Positions 8,969-19,494 of a stretch of DNA of 64,000 bases are shown here, one piece after another; positions within the stretch are counted from its first letter, which is position 1; every line of letters starts with the position of its first letter. The notes under the pieces are model-generated. The model saw only the letters and a program-made list of their open reading frames with translations. It ran no database searches and was not told where the DNA came from. This DNA comes from an uncultured bacterium (GTDB taxonomy: Bacteria > Chloroflexota > UBA5177 > JANWHV01), in NCBI GenBank assembly GCA_963729625.1, contig CAVSOU010000010.1:800001-864000 (forward strand), read 5' to 3'. Both the position numbers and the translations under genes were made by a program.

Positions 8969-11806
8969 CTACCGCAGGACAGCAGCCTGCCGGTGACCAT
9001 TGGACTTCTCCTTCGACATGCCCTCTGCTCGCGCGGCGCGCACCGCACGAAGCCACCCTGCCATCTCGGGCGCGGGCGCCGGACGGGCCAGAAAGTAGCC
9101 CTGGCCGAGGTCGGCGTTCATCATCGACAGCAGAGCCCAGGCCTCGCGCGTTTCCACGCCTTCCGTCACCACCTTCATGCCCAGGGAGTGGCCGAGACCG
9201 ATGGTCGAGGCCACGATGGTCTGGTTGGCGCTGCCGCTCGCCAGGTGCTGCACGAACGATCGGTCGATTTTGAGCTCGTGGACCGGAAGCTGGGAGAGAT
9301 AGGCCAGCGACGAGTAGCCTGTGCCGAAGTCGTCGATGGCCAGACGCACGCCGAGCCCCGCCAACTGGTCAACCACGGCCCGCGTGCCCTCGACGTCTGC
9401 CATGAGCACGCTCTCAGTCAGCTCCAGACACAGGTGATCGGGTGCAACCGCATGCCGGCGCAGAAGACTGGCCACCGTCTCGCACAGGTGTGGGTCGCGC
9501 AGATTGCGCAGCGAGAGGTTGACGGAAACCGCCACCTCGAGGCCCTCCTGCGCCCAGGTCGCCACCTGGGCCAACGCGGCGTTCAGCACCCACTCGGTAA
9601 GTGGGACGATCAACCCTGTCTGCTCCGCCAGGGGGATGAAGCGGTCGGGCGGCAGCATGCCCAGTTCGGGGTGAGGCCAGCGCACAAGGGCCTCCACCGC
9701 CACTACCTCGCCGGAGGCCACGGCGACCTCAGGCTGGAAGTGCAAGACGAGCTCATCGGCGGTGATCGCCCGCTGCAAATCGGCCAGCAAGTTCAGCCGG
9801 CTCGCATCGTGGCCATCCTGTGCTTGGTCGTAAAAGGCGAGCCCCAGGCCGCCGCGCTTGGCCAAGTACATGGCCACGTCAGCGTGCTGCAGCAGGCTCG
9901 ACTCCGTGGTTCCGTGTTCGGGGGCGACGGCGATACCCACGCTGGCCCCGATGGAGAGCCGCTGCCCATCAATGACGTAGGGCTCTTCAATGGCGGCACG
10001 CAGGTTCCTTGCGACCGCCGCGGCGCCGTCCACGCCGGCGCCGGGCAGGAGCACAGCGAACTCGTCCCCGCCTAGCCGCGCCACGGTATCGCTGCCGCGC
10101 ACACCGCTGACGAGGCGCTGGGCAACCTGGACCAGCAGTTGGTCCCCGACGTCGTGCCCCAGAGTGTCGTTGACCTCCTTGAAGCGGTCCAAGTCCAGTA
10201 GCAACAGGCCGAGCGGCTCGGAACCGCGTTGCACCTGCGGAAGCGCCTCGGCCAACCGCACGCGGAGCAGGCCGCGGTTGGGGAGACTGGTGAGAGTGTC
10301 GGTGCTGGCGAGGACCTCCAGCTGCGCATTCGCCTCGGTCAGGGCGGTATTGTTGTGGTAGAGGGCAAGCAGATCTCTGTGCAACCGCGTCAAGTTGCGC
10401 GCGAATTCCTGGTTCTCCGCCAGGGCAAAGACTTGCCGCGCCAGCACCAGGACCACCAGCACGGCGCTGCCCAGATATACGCCGAGCTGCAGGAACGGAT
10501 CAGCCGGACTCCGCCAGGCATAAATCAGCAGGGCGTACACAGCAGGCACCAGCGCATAGGGCCACAGGCTCCGCCAAAACGCGGACACTTCAACGGGCAG
10601 CGAGATGTGGGCCTCAGGCTGCGCAGACGGTTCGGCCGCGTCGGCGGCTGCCCGCCGCAGCAGCCACATCCCTAGGCCGACGATAAGGTAGCTCATCGGC
10701 CAGACTGCATCGAGCGGTCCTCCACTTGCGTAGGTCCCCTGCAGCGCTTGATACTCGGAAACGGAATCGACCGTCAGCGTGAGACCGATGCCCAGAGCCA
10801 GGATCAGGCCGCCCGTCCGCTGCCAGGGCTCGTGGGTACGCACGAGCATCAAGGACAGGCAGCAAAGCAGCACGAGATCAGCGCACGGGTAGCCGACATT
10901 CACGATCAGTGCGAGCGCATTGCTAGCCCCCTGCAGCAGCGTCGGCCCCAGGATGAAATACCAGCTGAAGGTGACGCCTGCAGTGAGGAGCATGAGGCCA
11001 TCCAGCAGGATGCGGGTGCGCACCACGCGCGAGAGGGGACGCCGTGGCAGCAGCAGGAAGCCGCAGAGGAGGATCGGGTAGCCGCTCAGATATGCCAGGT
11101 CGGCCACCGATGGTGCCGGTGCCGGCTGCTGCAGGACCTGCGCATAGATGGCCAATATGGCGTCGCCAAGTGCCCAGCAGAGGATGCCCAGGCCCACCAG
11201 AAAGGAGGACATGTTGAGCGTGTTCCTGAAGCATACTCGCTCAGTGCGACCTCCTTGACTAGCCGGAGAAGAAGACTCGCTCGGCAGGGTGGTGCCCGCT
11301 CTGCCGGTGGAGCCGAGGAGGCAGAGTGCGACCGCTGCCAGGTCGAGCACTACAGACCCAAGGTTGTCGACAGGCCCGACGAGACCATGGTTGACAGGGC
11401 GAACAAGGAGAAACCCGAACAGTGCGCCACAGGCCAGGAGGATGAAGGGCAGGGGTAGCCAAGCACCGTATGGCCTTGCTCGCAGGCAAACGACGTTGGT
11501 GCTGGTCGAGGGCAGCCCTGGGCTGTGTCGCTGCGGATTGTGCTGCCCTTCCGCCATGGGCGGTACATGGTCGCCTTCGGCGCACGCGAGCAGCGCAGCG
11601 ACTTTCTCCAGCTGGTTGGGAAAGAGATCGCCGGGCACGGCATCGCGACCGCGCGCCTGGCATACCACGTAGCGGGCGCAGACAGTGAAATCGCCGTGGC
11701 AGTACTGCGTGCGAAGCCTGTCGCTCAGGACCGGCATCTGCGCCAGCTGGCCATTAAAGAACAGGCATCCCGCGAGCTTCTCGCAGTCTGGCATCGGGTC
11801 TCTCAA
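8969..11806 (-). CDS. Membrane-bound diguanylate cyclase/phosphodiesterase (GGDEF-EAL) with Cys-rich N-terminus
   Basis: About 10 TM segments; RGSD..RLGGDEF; EALVRW; DDFGTGYSSL; LKIDRSF. Confidence 0.92.
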   Translation of the reverse strand: MRDPMPDCEKLAGCLFFNGQLAQMPVLSDRLRTQYCHGDFTVCARYVVCQARGRDAVPGDLFPNQLEKVAALLACAEGDHVPPMAEGQHNPQRHSPGLPSTSTNVVCLRARPYGAWLPLPFILLACGALFGFLLVRPVNHGLVGPVDNLGSVVLDLAAVALCLLGSTGRAGTTLPSESSSPASQGGRTERVCFRNTLNMSSFLVGLGILCWALGDAILAIYAQVLQQPAPAPSVADLAYLSGYPILLCGFLLLPRRPLSRVVRTRILLDGLMLLTAGVTFSWYFILGPTLLQGASNALALIVNVGYPCADLVLLCCLSLMLVRTHEPWQRTGGLILALGIGLTLTVDSVSEYQALQGTYASGGPLDAVWPMSYLIVGLGMWLLRRAAADAAEPSAQPEAHISLPVEVSAFWRSLWPYALVPAVYALLIYAWRSPADPFLQLGVYLGSAVLVVLVLARQVFALAENQEFARNLTRLHRDLLALYHNNTALTEANAQLEVLASTDTLTSLPNRGLLRVRLAEALPQVQRGSEPLGLLLLDLDRFKEVNDTLGHDVGDQLLVQVAQRLVSGVRGSDTVARLGGDEFAVLLPGAGVDGAAAVARNLRAAIEEPYVIDGQRLSIGASVGIAVAPEHGTTESSLLQHADVAMYLAKRGGLGLAFYDQAQDGHDASRLNLLADLQRAITADELVLHFQPEVAVASGEVVAVEALVRWPHPELGMLPPDRFIPLAEQTGLIVPLTEWVLNAALAQVATWAQEGLEVAVSVNLSLRNLRDPHLCETVASLLRRHAVAPDHLCLELTESVLMADVEGTRAVVDQLAGLGVRLAIDDFGTGYSSLAYLSQLPVHELKIDRSFVQHLASGSANQTIVASTIGLGHSLGMKVVTEGVETREAWALLSMMNADLGQGYFLARPAPAPEMAGWLRAVRAARAEGMSKEKSNGHRQAAVLR

Positions 11807-12699
11807 CTCTCAGCCCAGCATGAATGGCATGTCCGGCATTCCAGATTGGCTTTTAGCAGCATGAGCAGGAGCGACTCTGCTCGCCAACACGTGCCTATGC
11901 GCTACCGGATGACACCTACTGCTCATCTCTATCGGCACAAACAACCGGCACTTGAGGGCCAAAATACGCAGGGACTTCTCCCAATGCAGCAGAGCACCAT
12001 GAGCGAGAAGACTATAGCCCGATCATCATCGATCACCTTGTCCTGGCCCGGACTGAAGGGCTGGGGTGCCCACGTAGCGCGTTGCGCAGTGCGCGATCGC
12101 CCCAAGCACTGGCGCGCCTGCTGCAAGCAACAGCTGACGTCGCACATCGGCCACTGGTGGGGTCTTCCCGCACAGTACTGCAACTTCACAGATCGATTGC
12201 AAATCTTTAGCAGGTCATGACGTCGCGGTTATGGCACGGTAATTAGCCACCACCATGATGTCGGCAGTGCATCAGATCCGACGCACACAGGAAGCCTTCA
12301 GCTTCTCCGAGCGAAACATACCGCCGCAACCGAAGTGAGCTTTGGCGACAAGGGCTTCTTGGTCGGCAATCCTCGCCTGGCTGTGCTACGCCGATTCCCA
12401 TCTACGAGTGTTCACGTGAGGGCCACGCCGCCGATGTGCAGCGCGGCCTCACGGTCGATACCGGCTGCGCCGTCAGGCATTGCCATGTGGCACCGACAGC
12501 AGCGAACATGGTGGTGTCGCCATGGGCAGCTCACCCGCCTTTCACGACGGTCACGTGGTACTTCATGTTCTGGGCCATGATCTTGAGGCGGCAACCATGC
12601 GCGCAATCGACGTGCTCCGCGACAGCATGTACGCGCCGTAGCGCATCATCGTCTCTTGCCGCGCCTGCTCGATCAGCTCGGGCCACGCGGCCATCGAAG

Positions 12700-13106
12700 G
12701 TCCTGTCGCGAAGCGTCGGCAGCAGCGCCAGCGCGATCGCCGCCATACCCCCAACCCAGACGGCCACGGCGAGCAAGTGCAGCCAATCAAGCAGTGTCGA
12801 CGTCACCACCAGTTGGGGCACTGCCGCCGTGTGCCCCGAACAGGTGATGGCCAGCAAGTAGGCAAGGCCCAGCACCCTCGCTGTCCAGACGGCAGGAGAG
12901 TCGGGCTCGCCGGCCTTTGCACCGGCACCTGCGTACGATGCGGACGGGCCGGGTCGCGATCCGGTGCCCCACGCATGCGTTGACTGGCCCGAGCCACTCA
13001 GCAGGCGAGAGGGCCAAGCCAGCAGAGCGCCGCTGAGCACGAGGAATGCCAGGATGGACAGCACCCCGCGACCTAGCCTGCCGTTCGTCAGGAACGGCAC
13101 TTGCAC
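12700..13106 (-). pseudogene. CopD-like membrane protein fragment (ends approximate)
   Basis: SGHTAAV...LDWLHLLAVAVWVGG is the CopD signature; similarity is lost on both sides. Confidence 0.6.
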
Positions 13107-13203
13107 CGTCCTGTGGAGGGCTCTGTATTGGGCATCTCAGCTGCCTGGCAAGTGCGCGGCTCCGGCGGCCCAAGTGCACGCCATTGAGAGCCCTGGTCAC
13201 CTG

Positions 13204-13270
13204 CCTGTTGACGACCTGTTGACACCGTTGGTCAGTTTGTTTATGCGCCAGTTTATGTCCCGCCGATAAT
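13204..13270 (+). promoter_or_regulatory. kdp promoter with tandem direct repeats (candidate KdpE sites)
   Basis: CCTGTTGAC twice 11 bp apart, GTTTATG twice 12 bp apart, -10-like GATAAT at 13265. Confidence 0.55.
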
Positions 13271-13307
13271 GTAGAGCTTGAATAACGGTCGTCGTGGAGA
13301 TAGATGT

Positions 13308-13409
13308 ATGGCGTTCGACCTATGGGTCATGCTGCTGACGGTCCTGTTCTTTCTGGCGGTCGTCGCCTTCGCAGTTGGCTGCGATCGATTGATGGGGACA
13401 AAACGATGA
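13308..13409 (+). CDS. 33-aa hydrophobic peptide upstream of kdpF
   Basis: MAFDLWVMLLTVLFFLAVVAFAVGCDRLMGTKR; RBS GGAG; stop overlaps kdpF start (ATGA). Confidence 0.75.
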   Translation: MAFDLWVMLLTVLFFLAVVAFAVGCDRLMGTKR

Positions 13410-13492
13410 TCGAGAATATCGTGCTCACCGTCATATCGCTGTTGGTGCTGGCGTACCTGTTCGTCGCGTTGCTGCGGCCGGAGGTATTCTGA
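13406..13492 (+). CDS. kdpF: K+-transporting ATPase subunit F
   Basis: MIENIVLTVISLLVLAYLFVALLRPEVF with YL..ALLRPE.F motif; TGATG overlap with kdpA. Confidence 0.9.
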   Translation: MIENIVLTVISLLVLAYLFVALLRPEVF

Positions 13493-15246
13493 TGCCCAAT
13501 TGGTTGACCGGAAGTGCCGTCATCCAGTGGGCGATGTACAGCGTCATCCTGCTGCTGACGGCAAAACCGCTTGGAACGTATCTCTATCGCCTGTTCACTG
13601 GTGGACGCACCTTTCTGCATCCAGCAATACGGCCGATTGAGGTCGGCATCTACCGGCTGACAGGCGTGCGCGAAGACGAGGAAATGACCTGGTACGGCTA
13701 CCTTCTGGCTTCGTTGGCCTTCAGTGTTCCCGGCCTGATCCTCACCTACGTCATCGAGCGCACCCAGCAGTGGCACGGGACCTTCTTCAATCCGCAGCAT
13801 TTTCCCAACGTGCCGGCGCTGTTGGCGTGGAACACCGCCGTAAGCTTCACCACCAATACGAACTGGCAGAACTACGGCGGTGAGTCGACGATGAGCTACC
13901 TGACCCAGATGACGGGTCTGGCCATGCACAACTTCTTCTCGGCCGCGGTCGGCATCGTCTGGGCGGTGGCCCTGGTCCGCGGGCTCGCGCGCCACACGGC
14001 GGGAGCCATCGGCTCCTTCTGGGTCGATCTTGTGCGATGTTTGCTCTATGTGCTGCTGCCCATCTGTATCTTCTACGGACTCTTTCTCGTGTGGCAGGGC
14101 GTGCCGCAAAACTTCAGTTCATACACGGTAGCCCACACGTTGGAAGGCACGGTCCAGACCATCGCTCAGGGGCCCGTCGCCTCACAGGAAGCAATCAAGG
14201 TGCTGGGCACCAATGGCGGCGGCTTCATGAATGCCAACTCCGCGCATCCATTCGAGAACCCCACCCCGCTCTCCAACTTCGTTGAGATATTGTCCATCCT
14301 GCTGATCGGGTCCGCGCTCGTGTACATGTTCGGCAAGTGGGTGGGCAATACGAAGCAGGGGTGGTCGCTCTGGGCGGCGATGTTCATCCTGTTCTCTATC
14401 GGCTACTTCACCGCGGTGATCGCCGAGCAGAAGGGCAACTCGCTCATCGCCTCGGCCGCCCATGTCGCCCTCGCCGCCACGAACAGTCCATACCAGCCCG
14501 GTGGCAACATGGAAGGCAAGGAAGTCCGCTTCGGCATCGTGGACTCCTCCCTTTTTGCCACAATCACCACCGACGCATCGTGCGGCGCCATAAACGCCTG
14601 GCACGAAAGCTTCACGCCCATCGGCGGGCTTGTCCCGCTCACCAATATCGCCACTGGCGAGGTGATTTTCGGCGGCGTGGGCGCGGGACTCTATGGCATG
14701 TTGATGTACGCCATCCTGGCCGTGTTCATCGCGGGCCTCATGGTGGGACGCACGCCAGAGTACCTGGGTAAGAAGATCGAGGCCTTCGAGATCAAGATGG
14801 CCAGCATCGCGCTGCTCATCTCGCCGGCGAACATCCTATTGTTCGCGGCAACAGCAGTGCTGGGAGCCTGGGGCACCACGTCGATACTCAACGCAGGCCC
14901 GCATGGGCTTACCGAGATCCTGTACCTGTACACGTCCAGCAACGGCAACAACGGCTCGGCCTTTGCCGGTCTGACAAGCAACACCAATTGGTACAACTGG
15001 AGCGGCGGCTTCGCCATGCTGATCGGCCGCTTCGTGTTCGTCACGCCACTGATCGCCATCGCCGGCTCGATGGCCAGGAAGAAAGTGGTGCCGGCATCGC
15101 TGGGCACCTTCCCTACCGACGGGCCGACTTTCAGCTTCCTCCTGGTGTTCGTGATCATCATCGTCGCGGCGCTGACCTACTTCCCGGCCTACTCGCTCGG
15201 GCCAATCATCGAGCAATTGCTCCTCAATGCTCACCACACGTTTTAA
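13492..15246 (+). CDS. kdpA: K+-transporting ATPase subunit A
   Basis: SFTTNTNWQNY, LGTNGGGF, NSAHPFENP, NNGSAFAG. Confidence 0.97.
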   Translation: MPNWLTGSAVIQWAMYSVILLLTAKPLGTYLYRLFTGGRTFLHPAIRPIEVGIYRLTGVREDEEMTWYGYLLASLAFSVPGLILTYVIERTQQWHGTFFNPQHFPNVPALLAWNTAVSFTTNTNWQNYGGESTMSYLTQMTGLAMHNFFSAAVGIVWAVALVRGLARHTAGAIGSFWVDLVRCLLYVLLPICIFYGLFLVWQGVPQNFSSYTVAHTLEGTVQTIAQGPVASQEAIKVLGTNGGGFMNANSAHPFENPTPLSNFVEILSILLIGSALVYMFGKWVGNTKQGWSLWAAMFILFSIGYFTAVIAEQKGNSLIASAAHVALAATNSPYQPGGNMEGKEVRFGIVDSSLFATITTDASCGAINAWHESFTPIGGLVPLTNIATGEVIFGGVGAGLYGMLMYAILAVFIAGLMVGRTPEYLGKKIEAFEIKMASIALLISPANILLFAATAVLGAWGTTSILNAGPHGLTEILYLYTSSNGNNGSAFAGLTSNTNWYNWSGGFAMLIGRFVFVTPLIAIAGSMARKKVVPASLGTFPTDGPTFSFLLVFVIIIVAALTYFPAYSLGPIIEQLLLNAHHTF

Positions 15247-15258
15247 GGAGTCACACTG

Positions 15259-17361
15259 ATGGCTTTGACGACACCACACGTGGGCGAGCAGGCTCCGGCG
15301 CCGCGCGGTCCGCTCGGCGCTGAACGCCGCAAGAGCCGATCGCTCGCCATCTTTGACCGCGCGATTACGCGCCGCGCCGCCGTTGACGCCGCGCGCAAGC
15401 TGGACCCGCGGATACAGCTCCGCAATCCCGTGATGTTCGTCGTCCTGGTGGGCGCGACTGTCACTACCGTGGAGTTCGTGCGATCGCTCTTCGACAGTGC
15501 GCTGAGTGCCGACCGCGGGTTCACGCTGCAGGTCTCAGTCTGGCTGTGGTTCACCGTGCTGTTCGCCAACTTTGCCGAAGCAATGGCCGAGGGACGCGGC
15601 AAGGCTCAGGCCGACACGTTGCGCAAAACGCGCACGGACGCGCAGGCGAAACGGATTTCGGCCAACGGTCAGACGCAGATCGTCTCCGCTACCGAGCTGC
15701 GGCGAGGCGACCTCGTGCTAGTGGAGGCCGGTGACCTGATCCCCGGCGACGGGGAGGTGCTGGAAGGCGTCGCCTCGGTCAACGAGGCGGCAATCACCGG
15801 CGAAAGCGCCCCGGTGATCAAGGAGCCGGGCACGGACATCCGATCATCGGTCACGGGCGGTACGACCATTGTCAGCGATCGCCTGACGATCCGCATCACC
15901 GCGAACCCGGGCGAGACGTTCATCGACCGCATGATTGCCCTGGTGGAAGGCGCCAGCCGCCAGAAGACCCCCAACGAGATCGCCCTGAACATCCTCCTCG
16001 CCTCGCTGACGATCATCTTCCTGCTGGCCGTCTATACGCTGCAGCCTTTCGCCATCTACTCCGGCAGTGCCGTGGCCGTGACCACCCTCGTGGCGCTTCT
16101 GGTCTGCCTGATTCCCACTACCATCGGCGGCCTGCTCAGTGCGATCGGCATTGCCGGCATGGATCGGTTGGTGCAGTTCAACGTGCTGGCCATGAGCGGC
16201 CGCGCGGTGGAAGCCGCGGGCGACGTGGACACATTGCTGCTCGATAAGACCGGCACGATTACTTTCGGCAACCGCCTGGCCTCCGAGTTCTTCGCGGTGG
16301 GCGGCCACAGCCAGGAAGAACTGATCGAGGCGGCCCTGCAGTCAAGCCTGGCGGACGACACGCCCGAAGGCAAGAGCGTTGTGGCCCTGGCCGAGCAATT
16401 CGGCGCCAAGTCCGGCAGCGTCGTGTTGCAGGGCGCGGAGCTGGTGCCGTTTACGGCCGAAACGCGCATGAGCGGCGTCCGCCAAAACGGGCACCAGACC
16501 ATGAAGGGCGCAGTCGATGCAATTCGGCGGATCGTACCCGCCGCGCCGCCCGAGCTGACCTCCGTCGCCGACCGTATCGCGGGCGAGGGCGGCACGCCGC
16601 TTGCCGTCGCCCGCGACGGCGAAGTCCTTGGCGTGATCTATCTGAAGGACACCGTCAAGCCCGGGATGCGCGAGCGCTTCGATGAGTTGCGACGCATGGG
16701 CATCCGCACGATCATGGTCACGGGCGACAACAAGCTCACTGCGGCGACCATCGCCAGGGAGGCTGGGGTCGACGACTTCGAGGCGGAGAGCAAGCCTGAG
16801 GACAAGATCGGGCTGATCCGGCGCGAGCAGGCCGAAGGCAAGCTGGTGGCTATGACCGGCGACGGCACGAACGACGCCCCAGCTTTGGCACAGGCCGACG
16901 TAGGCGTAGCCATGAACACCGGGACACAGGCGGCCAAGGAAGCCGGCAATATGGTTGATCTGGACAGCAACCCCACCAAGCTGATTGAGATCGTGGCCAT
17001 CGGCAAGCAGCTGCTGATAACGCGGGGCGCTCTGACCACCTTCTCGATCGCCAATGATGTCGCCAAGTACTTCGCCATTCTGCCTGCGATGTTCAGCAAA
17101 CAGTTCCCCCAGCTGAGCGCCCTCAACGTCATGAAGCTGTCGACTCCGCACTCCGCCGTCCTCTCCGCTGTCATCTTCAATGCCCTGATCATCGTGGCCC
17201 TGATCCCACTGGCGCTGCGAGGTGTCAAGTACCGGCCCCAGGGCGCGGCACAGATTCTGCGCCGAAATCTGCTGATTTACGGCCTCGGCGGCATAGTCCT
17301 GCCGTTCCCAGGTATCAAATGTTGCGACCTGGTGCTCACCGGGCTGCATCTGACGCTGTGA
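15259..17361 (+). CDS. kdpB: K+-transporting P-type ATPase subunit B
   Basis: [28 protein letters not shown]. Confidence 0.97.
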   Translation: MALTTPHVGEQAPAPRGPLGAERRKSRSLAIFDRAITRRAAVDAARKLDPRIQLRNPVMFVVLVGATVTTVEFVRSLFDSALSADRGFTLQVSVWLWFTVLFANFAEAMAEGRGKAQADTLRKTRTDAQAKRISANGQTQIVSATELRRGDLVLVEAGDLIPGDGEVLEGVASVNEAAITGESAPVIKEPGTDIRSSVTGGTTIVSDRLTIRITANPGETFIDRMIALVEGASRQKTPNEIALNILLASLTIIFLLAVYTLQPFAIYSGSAVAVTTLVALLVCLIPTTIGGLLSAIGIAGMDRLVQFNVLAMSGRAVEAAGDVDTLLLDKTGTITFGNRLASEFFAVGGHSQEELIEAALQSSLADDTPEGKSVVALAEQFGAKSGSVVLQGAELVPFTAETRMSGVRQNGHQTMKGAVDAIRRIVPAAPPELTSVADRIAGEGGTPLAVARDGEVLGVIYLKDTVKPGMRERFDELRRMGIRTIMVTGDNKLTAATIAREAGVDDFEAESKPEDKIGLIRREQAEGKLVAMTGDGTNDAPALAQADVGVAMNTGTQAAKEAGNMVDLDSNPTKLIEIVAIGKQLLITRGALTTFSIANDVAKYFAILPAMFSKQFPQLSALNVMKLSTPHSAVLSAVIFNALIIVALIPLALRGVKYRPQGAAQILRRNLLIYGLGGIVLPFPGIKCCDLVLTGLHLTL

Positions 17362-17362
17362 G

Positions 17363-18016
17363 GTGGTGAAAGTCATGGGTACCGTATCAACAACATTGGA
17401 GCCGGCGCCTGGATCCGTTCATCTAGCGAAGACCTCAATCGGAGCTTCGATCCGCACCGGAATCGTTATGACGCTCGTGCTGACCATCATCGTCGGCGTG
17501 GTCTATCCGTTTTTCGTGACTGGAGCGGCCCAGGTGCTGTTCCACGACCAGGCCAACGGATCGCTGATCGAGGGACCGAATGGGCAGGTCGTCGGATCGT
17601 CGCTGATCGGTCAGAACTTTACACAGCCGCGGTATTTCCATCCGCGCGCGTCCGCCGCCGGCGCCGGCTACGATGCCAGTAGCTCGTCCGGCACGAATCT
17701 GGGTCCAACGAGCACCTACCTGCTTACTACTACAGTCAAGCTCGCGGCACAGCTTCGCGCGGAGAACAATCTGCCGCCAAGCTACGTCCTGCCTGCGGAC
17801 GCGGTTTCGACGTCGGCCAGCGGCCTCGATCCTGACATCAGCCCCGCGTACGCTGATCTGCAGGTTCCGCGCGTGGCCAGCGCGCGCGGCCTCTCGCAGG
17901 TGCAAGTGCGAAACCTGGTGCAACAGTACACGAGCGGCCGCGATCTGGGTGTACTGGGCGAGCCGCGCGTGAACGTGCTGCAGCTCAATCTGGCCCTGGA
18001 TCGCGTCAAGAAATAG
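17363..18016 (+). CDS. kdpC: K+-transporting ATPase subunit C
   Basis: QANGSLI, GSSLIGQ, SASGLDPDIS, GEPRVNVL. Confidence 0.95.
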   Translation: MVKVMGTVSTTLEPAPGSVHLAKTSIGASIRTGIVMTLVLTIIVGVVYPFFVTGAAQVLFHDQANGSLIEGPNGQVVGSSLIGQNFTQPRYFHPRASAAGAGYDASSSSGTNLGPTSTYLLTTTVKLAAQLRAENNLPPSYVLPADAVSTSASGLDPDISPAYADLQVPRVASARGLSQVQVRNLVQQYTSGRDLGVLGEPRVNVLQLNLALDRVKK

Positions 18017-18236
18017 CGAGATCCACTGTGCAACGCAGCAGGATCGGCATTTCCGGCGTTGCGCGTTCCGAGGTAACGTACTAGGGTAAAGCGGACACCT
18101 TATTGGGCCTGGCGTCCGTGAGGAGCATCGGCATCGTTCCATGCGCACCGGTGCTGATGCCGGCGCGACACACCCGCCGGCATCGGCGATGACTGCGCAT
18201 CAAGCAGGAGAGAAGCGCGACACATGTACGGCCAGT

Positions 18237-19412
18237 ATGGCTAAAGAGCGAGAACTTGAGCGACCCGACCCGGACGAGCTCCTCGCGCGCATAAAGGCTG
18301 ACGAGCAACCGGCAAAGGGCAGGTTGCGCATCTATCTTGGCGCCGCTCCTGGGGTGGGTAAGACGTTCGCCATGCTGCAGGAGGCCCATCGCCGCAAGGA
18401 GCGCGGCACTGACGTCGTGATCGGCTTCGTGGAAACACACGGACGCGCGCATACCGCCGAGCAGATCGTCGGCTTGGAAGTAGTGCCGCCACGCGAAGTG
18501 CCCTATAAGGGCGTGATCGTGCGCGAGATGGACACCGATGCGGTCATCGCCCGCCATCCGCGAGTGGCGCTTGTCGACGAGCTGGCGCACACGAATGTGG
18601 CGGGCTCTCGGCATGAGAAGCGCTACGAGGACGTGCAGGATCTGCGCAATGCCGGCATTACCGTCCTCTCGACGGTGAACATCCAGCACATTGAGAGCCT
18701 CAACGACGTCGTGCGACAGGTCACGGGTGTGAGCGTACACGAGACTGTGCCGGATTGGGTAATCGAAGAGGCAGACCAGGTAGAGCTGATCGACATGACA
18801 CCGGAGGCGCTCATCCAGCGGATGCGACACGGCAACATCTACCCTCCCGAACAGGCAAAGCGCGCTCTGGACAATTTTTTCACGGGTGCCAACCTGATGG
18901 CACTGCGAGATCTTGCGCTTCGCGCCACGGCAAAAGGCGTGGAAGAGCACCTCAGCCGCTACATGCACGGCCGCGACGATCATGGTCCGCATGCGGCAGT
19001 GACAGACCGTATTCTGGTGGCGGCAGACCACCAGCCAGGCGCCAAGACCGTAATACGCCGAGGCTGGCGAATTGCCTCGGCACTCAAAGCCAACCTCGTG
19101 GTCGTCTATGTGGAGCCCGAGCGCGGGCCACGCGGCGCGCAGACCATCGAAGATGAGCGTCACCTGCGCGCCAATCTGCAGCTGGCCGACGAACTGGGCG
19201 CGCAGGTAGTCCGTCTCAGGGGAAAGGTCTCTGACCAGCTGGTCGCTTATGCGAGCGCGAACAATGCAACGGAAATCGTGATCGGACAGTCCAGGCGAGG
19301 TCGCTGGTCAGAGTTCATCCATGGCTCCGTGACGCATGACCTGCTGCGCAACTTGCACGGAATCGACGTGCGCGTGGTCGCCGAGCCCGCAAAGACATCG
19401 CGCCGTGAGTAG
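18237..19412 (+). CDS. kdpD: KdpD N-terminal sensor plus Usp domain (split KdpD, part 1)
   Basis: LRIYLGAAPGVGKTFAML, ETHGR, VDELAHTN, Usp domain; no kinase domain. Confidence 0.9.
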   Translation: MAKERELERPDPDELLARIKADEQPAKGRLRIYLGAAPGVGKTFAMLQEAHRRKERGTDVVIGFVETHGRAHTAEQIVGLEVVPPREVPYKGVIVREMDTDAVIARHPRVALVDELAHTNVAGSRHEKRYEDVQDLRNAGITVLSTVNIQHIESLNDVVRQVTGVSVHETVPDWVIEEADQVELIDMTPEALIQRMRHGNIYPPEQAKRALDNFFTGANLMALRDLALRATAKGVEEHLSRYMHGRDDHGPHAAVTDRILVAADHQPGAKTVIRRGWRIASALKANLVVVYVEPERGPRGAQTIEDERHLRANLQLADELGAQVVRLRGKVSDQLVAYASANNATEIVIGQSRRGRWSEFIHGSVTHDLLRNLHGIDVRVVAEPAKTSRRE

Positions 19413-19494
19413 TGTGTTCGTGCGGCGGGGCAATGCGCCTCGAGACGCGAGTCCCCAAGGCTCGTCGCCGAGTTCGGCCTATACTGGTTAATGC

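Noticed and set aside
8921-10075. 384-aa plus-strand ORF
   Set aside because: Antisense shadow of the GGDEF-EAL gene
11807-12530. Possible gene in the long gap before the GGDEF-EAL gene
   Set aside because: ORFs in all frames lack recognisable motifs or RBS; probably decayed sequence
13304-13492. 62-aa extended KdpF from the ORF track
   Set aside because: True KdpF starts at 13406; the upstream part is occupied by a different-frame hydrophobic peptide
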